DNA from: an uncultured beta proteobacterium
Lineage (GTDB): Bacteria > Pseudomonadota > Gammaproteobacteria > Burkholderiales > Gallionellaceae
DNA length: 64,000 nt
Reading direction: 5' to 3'
Assembly (NCBI GenBank): GCA_963734585.1
Contig: CAVTHJ010000003.1
Span: 156,005-220,004 of the forward strand
The translations under genes were made by a program, and so were the position numbers. Positions 9,980 through 22,196 of this stretch are shown here, in pieces. Position 1 is the stretch's first letter, and each line of letters opens with the position of its first letter. The notes under the pieces were generated by a model. The model was given only the letters and a program-made list of their open reading frames with translations, was not told the origin of the DNA and did no database searches.

Positions 9980-12067
9980 GCTCTACCCCCTACCATGGAT
10001 GTAACCCGTACCGTCTTGAAGCCCGGCACTTCTTCATGCGAAATCACTTTGAGTTGCGGCAGCGCGCGCTTGAGGAAGCGCGCCAGCAGATCGCGGATAT
10101 GTCCCGGCACCAGCAGCACCGTGGGCAGCCCCATCTGTTCCTGCGTCTGCGTCGCGTTGCGCGCCTCGCGCAACAGCGTGTTGGCCAGGCCCGGCTCGAT
10201 GGCCGAACCGCCGGCCTGCAGCGCCTGCGCCAGCACGTATTCCAGTTCCTTGTCCATGCCGATGACTTGCAGCTCCTGCGCCGACGGGTAGAACTGCTGC
10301 ACGATGGCGGCGCCGAGCGCGATGCGCACCAGTCCGGTCAGCACGTTGGTGTCCTGCGTCTGCGGCGCGTGTTCGGCCAGCGTCTCCAGGATGGTGCGCA
10401 TGTCGCGGATGTGCATGCCTTCGTCCAGCAGGTTCTGCATCACCTTCTGCACCGTGGTCAGCGACAGCAGCTTGGGCACGAGGTCTTCGGTCAGCTTGGG
10501 CGCGATCTTGCCGAGATGGTCGAGCAACTGTTGCACTTCCTGGCGGCCCAGCAACTCGGCAGCGTGAGTGTGGATGAGATGGCTCATGTGCGTCGCCACC
10601 ACCGTGCCGGCATCGACCACGGTGTAACCCATGACCTGCGCCTGTTCGCGCACCGCTGCCTCCACCCAGACGGCGGGCAGGCCGAAGGCCGGGTCTTTGG
10701 TCGGCGTGCCGGGCAAGGCGCCGCTCACGTTGCCGGGATTGATCGCCAGGAACAGATTGGGATACGCCTCGCCGCTGCCGATCTCCGCGCCTTTCAGCGT
10801 GATGCGATAGGCGTTGGGACGCAGATCGAGGTTGTCGCGGATATGCACGGCGGGCGGCAGGAAGCCCATGTCCTGCGTGAATTTCTTGCGGATGCCCTTG
10901 ATGCGGCGCAGCAGGTCGCCGTCCTGCGCCTTGTCCACCAGCGCGATCAGGCGATAGCCGACTTCCAGCCCCAGCACGTCCACTTGTGCCACGTCTTCCC
11001 AGCTGGCTTCCGGCGCTTCGGTACTCGGCGCGACCACCGGGTTTTCCACTGCCGCCGCCTTTTCTTCTTCCAGCTTCGCACGCTGCAACAGGAAGTAAGC
11101 GAACCAGCCCATCGCACCCGCCAGCAGCAGGAAAGCGAAATGCGGCATGCCGGGAATCATGCCCAGCATGCCGATGATGGCGGCGGTCAGGATGAGCACT
11201 TGCGGGCTGGAGATCAGTTGCTTGGCCAGCTGCTGGCCGATGTTGTCTTCGCTGGCGACGCGGCTCACCACCATGCCGGCCGCGGTGGAGATCACCAGCG
11301 CGGGGATCTGCGCCACCAGACCGTCGCCGATGGTGAGCAGGGTGTAGTTCTGTGGCCGCGGTGGCCAGGTCCAGATTGTGCTGCATCACGCCGACCACCA
11401 GGCCGCCGACGATGTTGATGAGCATGATGATGATGCCGGCGACGGCATCGCCGCGCACGAACTTGGAGGCACCGTCCATCGCGCCGTAGAAGTCGGCTTC
11501 CTGCGCGATCTCGGCGCGGCGTTTGCGCGCCACGTCTTCGCCGATCAGGCCGGCATTCAGGTCGGCATCGATGGCCATCTGCTTGCCCGGCATCGCATCC
11601 AGGGTGAAACGCGCGCCCACTTCGGCGATACGTCCGGCACCCTTGGTGATGACCACGAAGTTGATGACCACCAGGATGACGAACACCACGATACCCACGG
11701 CGTAGTTGCCGCCGACCAGGAAGTGGCCGAACGATTCGATCACCTTGCCCGCCGCGTCCGGGCCGGTGTGGCCTTGCAGCAGCACCACGCGCGTGGAAGC
11801 GACGTTGAGCGACAGGCGCAGCAGGGTGGAGATCAGCAGCACCGTGGGGAACACGGCGAAGTCGAGCGGCTTGGTGGTGTTCATCGCCACCAGCAGCACC
11901 ATGATGGCCAGCGCGATGTTGAAGGTGAACAGGATGTCGAGCAGGAACGGCGGCAGCGGCAGCACCATCATCGCCAGGATCATCACGATCAGGACGGGGC
12001 CTGCCAGGCCGCGCACGCCGCCGCGCAACATCGCGGTCTTCAAGATTTCCAGCATGTTCATACGCAC
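9976..12067 (-). CDS. flhA: Flagellar export gate FlhA (frameshift near 11350)
   Basis: [37 protein letters not shown]; cytoplasmic domain in the next frame ([16 protein letters not shown]). Confidence 0.95.
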
Positions 12068-12115
12068 CTCTTGAGCTCATTCTTGCGGTCCGCGCAGACC
12101 GCTTCTCTTGTGCGT

Positions 12116-12175
12116 ATTATCTGAAACGGACGTCAAATCGATGACGTGAATAGAGGGGGATTTCGGCGGCTATTC
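12116..12175 (-). promoter_or_regulatory. Putative FlhDC-dependent promoter of flhA
   Basis: Inverted repeat GAATAG-N16-CTATTC lying 27 bp from a GATAAT -10. Confidence 0.55.
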
Positions 12176-12194
12176 AGGGGTGTCGGAAAACTAC

Positions 12195-13341
12195 CTACAC
12201 CGCTGCGTTCGCCGGATCGAGCTCTTTGGGAACCGGCAGCTCCTGCGGCTCCTGCGGATATGCGCCACCGGCTGTCTGGTAACGGCGCAGCTGATAGACA
12301 TAGGCCAGCACTTCGGCCACGGCGGTGTACAGCGCCTCCGGGATGGCCTGTCCCGAGATCGCAGTGCTTGTGCAACGCACGCGCCAGCGGCGGCGCTTCG
12401 AGGATGGGCACGTTGTTCTCCTTGGCGATCTCCTTGATCTTCGCCGCCATCAGATGCGAGCCCTTGGCCACCACCACGGGCGCGCGCATCTTGTTCTCGC
12501 TGTATTTGAGCGCCACGGAGTAGTGCGTCGGGTTGGTCACCACCACGTCGGCGGTCGGTATCTCGGCCATCATGCGGCGGCGCGCCATCTCGCGCTGCAT
12601 GCTGCGGATGCGCGCCTTGACCTGCGGATCGCCCTCGGTCTCCTTGGCTTCCTGGCGCACCTCTTCCTTGGTCATCTTCAGTTTCTTGTTGTGCTCCCAC
12701 AGCTGGAACGGCACGTCCACCAGCACGATGAGCAGCATGCCGCCCATGATGGCGGCGAAACTGCCCCACACCAGATTGCCCAGATGCGGGATGGCGAACG
12801 CGATGGGTTCGCTCACCAGCAGCAGCACCGCCTCCTTGTTGTGCCAGATCACCCAGGCGCCGACGCCGCCCACCACGATCGATTTGGCGATGGCCTTCGC
12901 CAGCTCCATCAGGCTGTTGGTGGAGAACATGCGGCCGATGCCGGTGAGCGGATTGAGCTTGCCCAGATTGGGTTGCAGCGGTTTCAGCGTGAACAGCCAG
13001 CCGTTCAGCAGCAGCGGCGAGAACACCGCGACCAGCAGCATCAATCCCAGCAGCGGCAGGAAGGCGAGCAGCGTCGCCACGCTCAGGTCATGCAGGCGCG
13101 GCAGCAGCAGTTCGGTATGGAAGGCCAGCTCCGTATCCAGCGTCAGTCCTTCGCGGATCAGCGAGATGAGTTGCTGCGAAAGCGTCGAGCCCATGAACCA
13201 GATGCCCGCGCCGCCCGCCATCAACACGGCGAACGTGGAGAGCTCGCGCGAGCGCGCGACCTGCCCTTCTTCGCGCGCCTGGTCCAGGCGCCGCTGCGAG
13301 GGCGATTCGGTTTTTTCTAAGTCACTGTCTTGTTCGGCCAT
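12195..13341 (-). CDS. flhB: Flagellar export protein FlhB (frameshift near 12350)
   Basis: EKTESPSQRRL, EGDPQVKARIR, autocleavage NPTH, APPLARAL; C-term IPEALYTAVAEVLAYVY lies in another frame. Confidence 0.95.
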
Positions 13342-13364
13342 GGCAGAGTCCTTTGCACATGGCG

Positions 13365-13424
13365 ATTATGGATATTGCCGGGAAATCCAATCCGCCGAAC
13401 AGCGGGAGAAATATGGCTTATCTA
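13365..13424 (-). promoter_or_regulatory. Putative FlhDC-dependent promoter of flhB
   Basis: GAACAG-N15-TTATCT lying 27 bp from a CATAAT -10; same spacing as at flhA. Confidence 0.5.
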
Positions 13425-14000
13425 GCCAGGCCAGCCGCGCCAGCACGCGCTCCGCCAATTTTGCCAAGGGCACGACCTCATCCACCGCCCCCAGCGCGAT
13501 GGCTTCGCGCGGCATACCGAACACCACGCAGCTCGCTTCGTCCTGCGCGAAGTTGTAAGCGCCCGCTTGCTGCATCTCCAGCATCGCTGCCGCACCGTCC
13601 TTGCCCATGCCGGTGAGCATCACGCCGATCGCGTCTCGCCCCAGATGCTTGCGCGGCGGAACGGAACAGCACTTCGACCGAAGGACGGTGGCGGTTCACC
13701 GGCGGCTCCTGGCTGAGCACGGTGCGATACTTTCCCGCGACGCGCTCCAGCATACAAATGCGAATGTCCGGGAGCCAGATAGACGCGCCCCGCCTCGATG
13801 AACTCGTGGTGTTCCGCTTCCTTCACCCGCAGCGCGCACAGATGGTCCAGCCGTTCGGCGAACGACTTGGTGAACAGTTCCGGCATGTGCTGCGCGATGA
13901 GGATGGCCGGCGCCTGTTGCGGCAAGCCGGACAGGAACACCTTGAGCGCTTCGGTGCCGCCGGTGGAAGAACCGACCACGATGATCTTCTCCGCCATCAT
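13366..14000 (-). CDS. cheB: CheB-type methylesterase lacking a receiver domain (frameshifted; 3' end uncertain)
   Basis: [29 protein letters not shown] and [12 protein letters not shown] motifs; ATG overlaps the cheR stop (ATGA). Confidence 0.88.
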
Positions 14001-14842
14001 GGTCTCCGCGCTGGCGCGGCCAGTTCGTAGACGGTGTGCCCGCGCAACTTGAACCAGGCGCTCGCGTGATGGAAGCTCTCCGAATGTCCGGCGAACAACA
14101 AGCCATCGTCGCGCAGCAGCGGCGCGAATTTCTTGAGGACGGACAGCTGCGTGTCCTTGTCGAAATAGATCATCACGTTGCGGCAGAAGATCGCATCCAG
14201 CGGCGCATGGATCGGCCACGCCGCATCCAGCAGGTTGATGCAGCGGAAATCGATCATCTTCTGCAGCTCCGGCCGCACCTGCACATAGCCCGCCTGCTCG
14301 CCGCTGCCGCGCAGGAAGAAACGCTCGACCTGCTGCGCCGGCAGTTTCGCGACCGCGTCCGCCTTGTAACGCCCGTCACGCGCCGTTTGCAGCACTTTGG
14401 TATCCAGGTCGGAAGCGATGATGTGCAGCGCGCGCTCGTAACCGCCGAAGGTCTCCACCGCAGTCATCGCCATCGAATAGGCTTCTTCGCCGGTGGAGCA
14501 GGCGGAACACCACAAGGTCAGCGGACGCGCGGCTATCCTGCTTGCGCAGGTGTTCGGCCAGCAAGCGGGAAGTGATGCGGTTCGCGAAAGAACGAAGTGA
14601 GGTTGGTGGTGAGCGAGTTGGTGAATGCTTCCCATTCCGCCGCATCGCCGCGCTGCAGACTGCTCCAGATAATCGGCAAAGCTGCTGGTGCCGGTGGCGC
14701 GCAGCCGCCGTGCCAGGCGGCTGTACACCAGTTCCTGCTTGTTTTCGCCGAGCGAGATGCCGGCACGTTCATGGATCAGCTTGCGGATGCGCTGGAAGTC
14801 CTGGTCGGTGAACTGGAATTCGCGGGGATGTGCATTACTCAT
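13997..14842 (-). CDS. cheR: Chemotaxis methyltransferase CheR (compensating internal frameshifts)
   Basis: [15 protein letters not shown] (alternate frame), [33 protein letters not shown]. Confidence 0.93.
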   Translation of the reverse strand: MSNAHPREFQFTDQDFQRIRKLIHERAGISLGENKQELVYSRLARRLRATGTSSFADYLEQSAARRCGGMGSIHQLAHHQPHFVLSRTASLPACWPNTCASRIAARPLTLWCSACSTGEEAYSMAMTAVETFGGYERALHIIASDLDTKVLQTARDGRYKADAVAKLPAQQVERFFLRGSGEQAGYVQVRPELQKMIDFRCINLLDAAWPIHAPLDAIFCRNVMIYFDKDTQLSVLKKFAPLLRDDGLLFAGHSESFHHASAWFKLRGHTVYELAAPARRP

Positions 14843-14919
14843 GCCGTCACTTTTACCGGGCGGGTGGCGCAGCAGGCTGCCGCCTCCCGCGCCCGCCCAT
14901 CGTTATGGATGCAAAGAAC

Positions 14920-16782
14920 TCAGTGCCCGCCGCGCACGTCGCTGAGCAGTTCCTTGATATCGAGGATCAGCACGATGTCGCCCTCGCTGGACATGGTGAC
15001 GCCCGCCACGCCTTTGGGGCGGAAGGTATCCAGCGATTTGATCACCACATCTTCATGCCCGACAAAACCGTCGGCGGTCAGGATGAAGCTGTTGTTGCCG
15101 AACTGCATGAGCACACCGACTTCGGACTTCTCGCTGGTGCCCCAGCCGATCAGTTGCGCCAGCGGCAGCACCGGCAGCACTTCGCCGCGCACCACCATGG
15201 TCGCCTTGCCGGAAACCTGCTGCAGCCCCTGCTGGGTGACCGGCAATATCTCGCGCACCATGGACAGCGGCACGGCGAACGACTGGTCGGCCAGACGCAG
15301 CACCAGCACCGGCAGGATCGCCAGCGTGAGCGGCAGCGAGATGGAGAAGATCGAGCCCTTGCCCACTTCGGAATGGATGTTGACCGTGCCGTTGAGCTTC
15401 TGGATGTTGGTCTTCACCACATCCATGCCGACGCCGCGGCCGGACACGGCGGAGATCTCGATCCTTGGTGGAGAAGCCGGGCAGGAAGATCAATTCCAGA
15501 CAGCGGCTCTCGTCCAGCGTGTTCGCCATCTCGGCCGTGATGAGCCCCTTCTCGATCGCCTTGTTGCGGATCACTTCCGGGCGCATGCCCTTGCCGTCGT
15601 CGGTGATGGTGATGAGGATGTGATCGCCTTCCTGGCGCGCGGAAAGTTCGACATAAGCTCTTTTCCGGCTTGCCGGCGGCGACGACGTTCTTCCACCGTT
15701 TCCACGCCGTGATCCACCGCATTGCGCACCAGGTGCACCAGCGGATCGTTCAGGTCCTCGATCATGGTCTTGTCCATCTCGGTCTCTTCGCCGACCAGCA
15801 CCAGCTCGACATCCTTGCCCAGAGAGCGCGCCAGATCGCGCGCCAGGCGCGGATACTTCTTGAACAGGCGGCCGATGGGCTGCATGCGCGTCTTCATCAC
15901 CGCGTTCTGCAGGTTCACCACCAGCATGTCCAGCTGGCTGACGGACTGGTCCAGTTCGCGCAGCGTGTCGGCATCGTTGTGGCCCTGCATGATGTCGGAA
16001 CGCAGATGGGTCAGACGGTTCTTGGTCAGACCGATCTCGCCGGACAGGTTGAGCACCTGATCCAGACGGTCGGTATCGACGCGGATGGTCGTTTCCTTCG
16101 CCTCGCCGGCGGGCACGTCGCCGGCGCGGCGACCGACGGTCGTGCCCGGCACATCGGTGGAACGGCGGCCGAACGCCTTCTTGGTCGATTCTTCCTCATT
16201 GATCGCGGCAGCGATCTTTTCCTCGTCGCGTGTCGCGCCGACTTGCTTGACGATATCGTTTCCGGTCAGCACGTTATACAGCGCCTCCCAATCCACGTTG
16301 TCCGCGGCGGCGGGCAGCGTAGCAGCGGGCGCAGCCGGGGCGGGCGGTATGTTCGCCACCACCGGTTTGGGCGCAGCCGCGACCACCGCTTTTCCGCTCA
16401 ACACATCCTTCAACGCCTGGATCACTTCGGCAGGTGCGGCCGCGGGTTGCTGGCTCTGCTGCAAAGCACCGAACATCTTGCGCACTTCGGCGGTCGCCGC
16501 AAAGATCACGTCCATCAATTCGGCGGTCAGCTTCAGTTCGTTGTTGCGCAATTTGTCGAACAGGTTTTCGGTGAGGTGGCACAGCGTCACCAGTTCCGTC
16601 GCATTGAGGAAACCCGCGCCGCCCTTGATGGTGTGGAAGCCGCGGAACACCTCGTTCAGCAGCGCGCTGTCGTCCGGATTCTTTTCCAGCTCCATCAACT
16701 TGCTGTCCACATCGGACAGCATGTCGCCGGCCTCCATCAGGAAGTCCTGCAGCAATTCTTCCATTCCCGCGAAATCATTCAT
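14920..16782 (-). CDS. cheA: Chemotaxis histidine kinase CheA (no evident P2 domain; frameshifts ~15460-15690)
   Basis: Hpt FRGFHTIKGGAG; TIRVDTDRLD; HLVRNAVDHG; FLPGFST; SGRGVGMDVV; LPLTLAI; C-terminal CheW-like domain. Confidence 0.93.
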
Positions 16783-16915
16783 GTTCGTCTCCCTTGAATC
16801 CGAGGTCGCCTTCATGCTAGAACCGCAGACTTTCAGCAGGTAGCCATTCCGACACGGTGCGGCGCAGCCGTCTGGTGCGCGGAGCTGTGGCCGACCTGCA
16901 GTAGTCGCTTTCATT

Positions 16916-17655
16916 TTAGAACCCGAGACTTTCCAGCAGATCGTCCACCTGGTCCTGGCTGGTCACCACATCGGTGCGGCCCTGCGCATTGATCACCGGA
17001 CCGTTCAACAGACCGGCATTCAGTTCCGCTTTCACCGAGGCGGGCGCATTCTCCAGCAACAGCGCCAGCAGTTGCTGTTCCATGTTCTGCGTCACTTCGA
17101 TGATCTTCTTGATGACCTGCCCGGTCAGGTCCTGGAAATCCTGCGCCATCATGATCTCCGTCAGATAGGCATTGGTCGCCTTGGTCTGCTTGGGCGTCTC
17201 GTGCAGGTAGGCATGGGTCTGCGTGACCAGGTCCTTGAATTGCTGCACATCGAGCTTCTTCTCGAACAGCAAGTCCCATTGCTTGGCCAGATGCTGTGCC
17301 TCGCTGCCCAGCTTCTCGACGACGGCTGCGCCGCCTCGGTGGCATTCAGCACGCGCTCGGCGGCCTGCTGCGTCAGCGTCGCCACGTAATTCAAGCGGTC
17401 GCGCGCATCGGGGATGGTCGCCGCCGCCTTTTCGATCTCCTTGTTCAAGCCCAGCTCGCGCAAGGTGTCGTGCAAGGCGCGCGCCATGTGGCCGATCTGG
17501 TTGATGACCTTGGCCGGATCGCCATCGCCTGCCGCCACGGGTGAATTGGCCGCCGCTACTGCCGCCGGTTTGCCTTCGTCCGCGTTCGCCGCGATGATGC
17601 TGTCGAACAGCGCTTCGAGATCGTCTGAATCTTGGGTTGCAGTATTGGTCGCCAT
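16916..17655 (-). CDS. cheZ: CheY-P phosphatase CheZ (frameshift ~17320)
   Basis: IPDARDRLNYV, IMMAQDFQDLTGQVIKK, SQDQVDDLLESLGF. Confidence 0.94.
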
Positions 17656-17663
17656 GGCCTGCC

Positions 17664-18062
17664 TCACTTGTTTAGTTGCGGGAACGCCGCGAATATCTTC
17701 TTCAGCTTCTCGTCCAGTGTCGCCGCGGTGAACGGTTTCACCACATAGCCGGAAGCGCCGGCCTGTGCCGCCTCGATGATGTTTTCCTTCTTCGCTTCCG
17801 CCGTCACCATCAGCACCGGCAGATGCTTGAGCGTGGCGTCGGCACGGATCGCGCGCAGCAGCTCGATGCCGGTCATGTTCGGCATGTTCCAGTCCGACAC
17901 CACGAAATCGAACTGCTCGCCGCGCAGCTTGTTCAGCGCGTCCACGCCGTCTTCGGCTTCCTGTACGTTGACGAACCCGAGCTCTTTGAGGAGATTGCGC
18001 ACGATGCGTCGCATCGTGGAGAAATCGTCCACCACCAGGAATTTCGTATTTTCTATGCCCAT
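17664..18062 (-). CDS. cheY: Chemotaxis response regulator CheY
   Basis: [42 protein letters not shown]. Confidence 0.97.
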   Translation of the reverse strand: MGIENTKFLVVDDFSTMRRIVRNLLKELGFVNVQEAEDGVDALNKLRGEQFDFVVSDWNMPNMTGIELLRAIRADATLKHLPVLMVTAEAKKENIIEAAQAGASGYVVKPFTAATLDEKLKKIFAAFPQLNK

Positions 18063-18155
18063 CACTTCCTCCTAAACACCGTTGTCAGTTGTTGCTTCGG
18101 CCATCGGCGGGATCGCCCACGGCGCGAACCGGCAACTATCGTTCAACCGCCACCA

Positions 18156-19105
18156 TCAAGTCAACAACGGGCGCAGCGTTGACGACAACACCATCGAATC
18201 GAACTTCGACACGTAATAATCCACGCCGACGCGCTTGCCCATGGCGCGGTTCGCATCGGACGACAGCGACGAATGCATCACCACCGGGATATCGTCGAAA
18301 CGCTTGTCGCCCTTGATGTTCTGGGTCAGCACATAGCCGTCCATCTCCGGCATCTCCGCATCGGTCAGGATGACCTGGATCTGGTCGTGCAGGTTGACCC
18401 CGGCGGCTTGCGCCGCATCCGCCATGGCCTTCAGCCTGTCCCAGGCCTCGCGTCCGTTGTTCGCCTGGATGTGCTTGACGCCCATCTTGTCCAGCACCTC
18501 GATGATCTTGCGGCGCGCCACCAGCGAATCGTCGGCGAAGAAGACGCACAGTTCATGTTCCGACTCGATACGCTCGACGTTGCCGACCACCGCTTCGCCG
18601 AAAGCATCGGCCAGTATCTGCTCGACATCGAGTATGGACACCAGCGTGCCGTCTTCCAGTTCGGTGATGGCGGTGATGAGCGCCCCCTTGTCGGAGAGCA
18701 TGCCCTCGGTCGGACGCACCTTGTCCCAATCGACGCGGATGATGCGATCCACGCCCTCCACCAGGAACCCCAGGATGTGGCGGTTGAATTCGGCGACCAG
18801 CATGGTCTGGTGCCTGCTCCTCCGGATGCATGCCCATGAAGTTGGCCAGATTCAGCACCGGCATCACATGTCCGCGCAGGCTGACGATGCCGTCCACCCC
18901 GCCCGGCATGTTCGGCGTGCGCGTGATCTTGCCGATCTGGCAGACTTCCTTGACCTTGAACACATTGATGCCGAACTTCTCGTTGCTGCCCAGGTTGAAC
19001 AGCAGGATCTCCATCTTGTTGGTTCCCGCCAGATTGGTGCGCGCATCGATCTGGTCCAGCAGCCCGTCCTGCGCCCGCGCTCAACATGTCTTCTGCATAA
19101 CTCAT
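18156..19105 (-). CDS. cheV: CheV (CheW + REC), copy 2 (frameshifted)
   Basis: FGINVFKVKEV...GIVSLRG; REC with ADDS, LTDAEMPEMDGY, MHSSLS. Confidence 0.9.
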
Positions 19106-19115
19106 TTCATCCCCC

Positions 19116-20057
19116 TCAACCCAACAGCCGGGTCAATGTCTGCGCCAGTTTCTGCGGCTCGAACTTCGGCACGTATTCATCCACGCCCACCGCCTTGCCG
19201 AGCTGCTGGTTGGACGAACTGGACAAGGACGAGTGCATCAACACCGGAATGCCGGCAAAACGTTTGTCCGCCTTGATCTTGCGCGTCAGCATGTAGCCGT
19301 CCATCTCCGGCATCTCCACGTCGGTGAGGATCACCTGCACCAGGTCCTTGACCGCGGTATGCGAGGCATCGGCATAATCGGCCATCTTCGACAGTTCCAT
19401 CCATGCCTGGCGTCCGTTGATGGCCGCGATGGATTTGACGCCCATCGCATCCAGCGTGCGCTGGATCTGGTTGCGCGCCACCGAGGAATCGTCGGCGAAG
19501 AACACGGTGCGATCCTTGCCCAGCGGTCTGACGCTCTTGAAGATCATCTCGTCGGCATCGAAGTGGCCGGTCTCGGACAGCACCTTTTCCACGTCCATCA
19601 TCATCACCAGACGCCCGTCCTTCAGTTCGGTGATCGCCGTGACCAGCCCGCCCATCTCGGCCACCAGCATCGCGGGCGGCACGCGCATCGCCGACCAGTC
19701 CAGACGCAGGATGTTGTCCACCGCCTTGACCAGGAAACCCTGGGTGTGGCCGTTGTATTCGGTGACGATCATGATGTCGGCCTTGTCGTCGGTCTGGATG
19801 CCCGCGTATTTCGCCAGGTCGATCACCGGCACCAGCGCACCGCGCAGGCTCACCATGCCTTCCACCGCCGCCGGCATCTCCGGCGCACGGGTGATCTGCG
19901 GGATGCGCATCACCTCGCGCACCTTGAACACGTTGATGCCGTAGGTCTCCTCGCGCCCGGTGCGGTTGTCCAAACCGAGCGTGAACATCAGGATCTCCAG
20001 CTTGTTGGTGCCCGCCAGCTTGGTGCGGGCATCGATGTTCTTTAACAGATCAGACAT
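19116..20057 (-). CDS. cheV: CheV (CheW + REC), copy 1
   Basis: YGINVFKVREV, LTDVEMPEMDGY, MHSSLS, YVPKFEP. Confidence 0.93.
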   Translation of the reverse strand: MSDLLKNIDARTKLAGTNKLEILMFTLGLDNRTGREETYGINVFKVREVMRIPQITRAPEMPAAVEGMVSLRGALVPVIDLAKYAGIQTDDKADIMIVTEYNGHTQGFLVKAVDNILRLDWSAMRVPPAMLVAEMGGLVTAITELKDGRLVMMMDVEKVLSETGHFDADEMIFKSVRPLGKDRTVFFADDSSVARNQIQRTLDAMGVKSIAAINGRQAWMELSKMADYADASHTAVKDLVQVILTDVEMPEMDGYMLTRKIKADKRFAGIPVLMHSSLSSSSNQQLGKAVGVDEYVPKFEPQKLAQTLTRLLG

Positions 20058-20100
20058 TGTTTTCTCCTTCGGACGGCAGATAGCCCCTGCCTCCTTACCT

Positions 20101-22187
20101 TCATTTTCTCACTGCACATTTGGTCAGCGGATAACCCGCCCTGCTTAGTTCATCGGCAGATTTTGCCAATTCTTCAGCGGCAACCTTGGCATCCTGGGCG
20201 GATTGGGTGTTGTTATCCACCAGCCCGGTGATGCGCTCCAGACTCTGCGCCACGCTCTCGCCCGCCGCCGACTGCTCTTTCGAGGCGGTGGCGATGTGAT
20301 CGACGCGTTCGGAGACGTTCATCGTCGCGCTCATGATCTGTTTCAGGCCTTCGCCATTCTTGCGGATCAGCGTGATGCCGTCTTCGACCTCGGTCACCGC
20401 GCCCTGCATCGCTTTCACCGCCGCGTCGGAGATCGCGGTGATCTCGGCGATGGTCTTGGCGATGTCCTTGGTGCTGGTCGCCGTGCGCTCCGCCAGCTTG
20501 CGCACTTCATCCGCCACCACCGCGAATCCGCGTCCCTGTTCGCCCGCGCGTGCCGCCTCGATCGCCGCATTCAGCGCCAGCAGGTTGGTCTGCTCGGCGA
20601 TCTCCTTGATGGCATTGGCGATCGCACCGATGCGCTGGATGGACTCGCCCAGATCGGAGATGGTCTTGCTGGAAGACTGCACCGTGGTCGCCACCTTGCC
20701 GGTCGCCTCGATGCTGAGTTCCATATTGCGGTTGTTCTCATCGACGATCTGCCGCATCTCCCTGGCATCGCCGAGCGAATCCGCCGCCATGTTCGCCACT
20801 TCCGCGACGGACTGGCTGAACTGTTCCATGGTCGCGGCGATCTGCTGGATATGATCCTGTTCGGTCACCGCGTTGTTCGCCACCCCGCTCACCTTGCCAT
20901 CCATCTCCAGGATGCGTTCCTGCATCTTCCTGCACCGGGGTGACGATCTCGTCCACCATGGTGCGCAGATAGGATTGCATGGTCTGTATCTCGCACAGCA
21001 ACTGTGCCCATCTCGTCCCGAGTCGAAATGTCCAGTTCGCTATCCAGATTGCCTTCCATGATGTTGCCGGAATTCGGTGTGCACCATGTCGGCCGGACGC
21101 CGCACATAGCGCTCGCACGCAGAAGCCGATGAAGAAGAACAGGAAGACATGCAAGGCGACCTGCCCCAATATGGTCTGCATCTCCATATGGTGGATGCGG
21201 TCGTAATCCGGCTTCAGGTCGATCACCACATCGGACGCGCCGAGCACCGCGCCCTCTTGCCGGCATGGCAGCCGGTGCAATCCGTACCGTGGAAATCCTT
21301 TTCGCCAGATACGGCGTGATCACGCGCAACGTGGGCGCGCCGCGACTCATCCTTGCCGTAGATCACGCCGTGCTCCGTTTGCTCTCGATCACTTGGCGCT
21401 GCACATCGTCCTGGATGTGCTCTTCCGGCAAGCCGGCACCGTACAGATCGACCACCGGCTTGGCGCGCACGATCTGCGCCGATTTGACGTTGACGCCGGA
21501 GCTGACCTTGCGGATGCAGCAGTTTGCGATTGTCCGCCTCGCCGATCTGTCCGGTCACCATCAGCATGTTGGCGCTGTCGATGATCTGGTTGGCGAGTTG
21601 CGTCGCCCTTCTCTTCCGCCAGCGTATGCGATTCCTCGCGCAGATTGGCGGAGACGAACACCTGCGCCGCCGACAGCACGATCACCAGCGACATCTGTAT
21701 CAGGAACTGCAGTTTGGCGATCAGCGACCAGTTCTTGAACTTGAAGCGCTCGTATCTGGACAACACCTGCGCGCCGCTCTGCTCGAGGTCGCGGTACAGC
21801 GCTTCCGCCTCGGCCACCTGTTCGCGCGTCGGCGCACGGCGCACCGACACATAGCCGACGATGGCACCATTCTCGATGATGGGCGCAATGGTGGCGCGCA
21901 CCCAGTAGTGATCGCCGTTCTTGCAGCGGTTCTTCACCATGCCGCGCCAGGGACGCTCGGACTTCAGCGTGTCCCACAACCACTTGAACGCCTGCGGCGG
22001 CATGTCCGGGTGGCGCACGATGTTGTGGCTCTTGCCGATCAGTTCCTCGCGGCTGATAGCCGGAGATCGCCACGAACGCATCGTTGCAATAGGTGATGAT
22101 GCCCTTGGTGTCGGTCTTGGAGACCAGCACCGTCCCCGCCGGGAACGGCACTTCTTTTTGCGACACATATGCGTTCTTGTTTTGCAT
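20101..22187 (-). CDS. Aer-like PAS chemoreceptor with periplasmic heme-c sensor domain (several frameshifts)
   Basis: PAS: [45 protein letters not shown]; TM; CTGCH at 21265-21279; TM/HAMP; [34 protein letters not shown]. Confidence 0.85.
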
Positions 22188-22196
22188 GGCTCTTGC

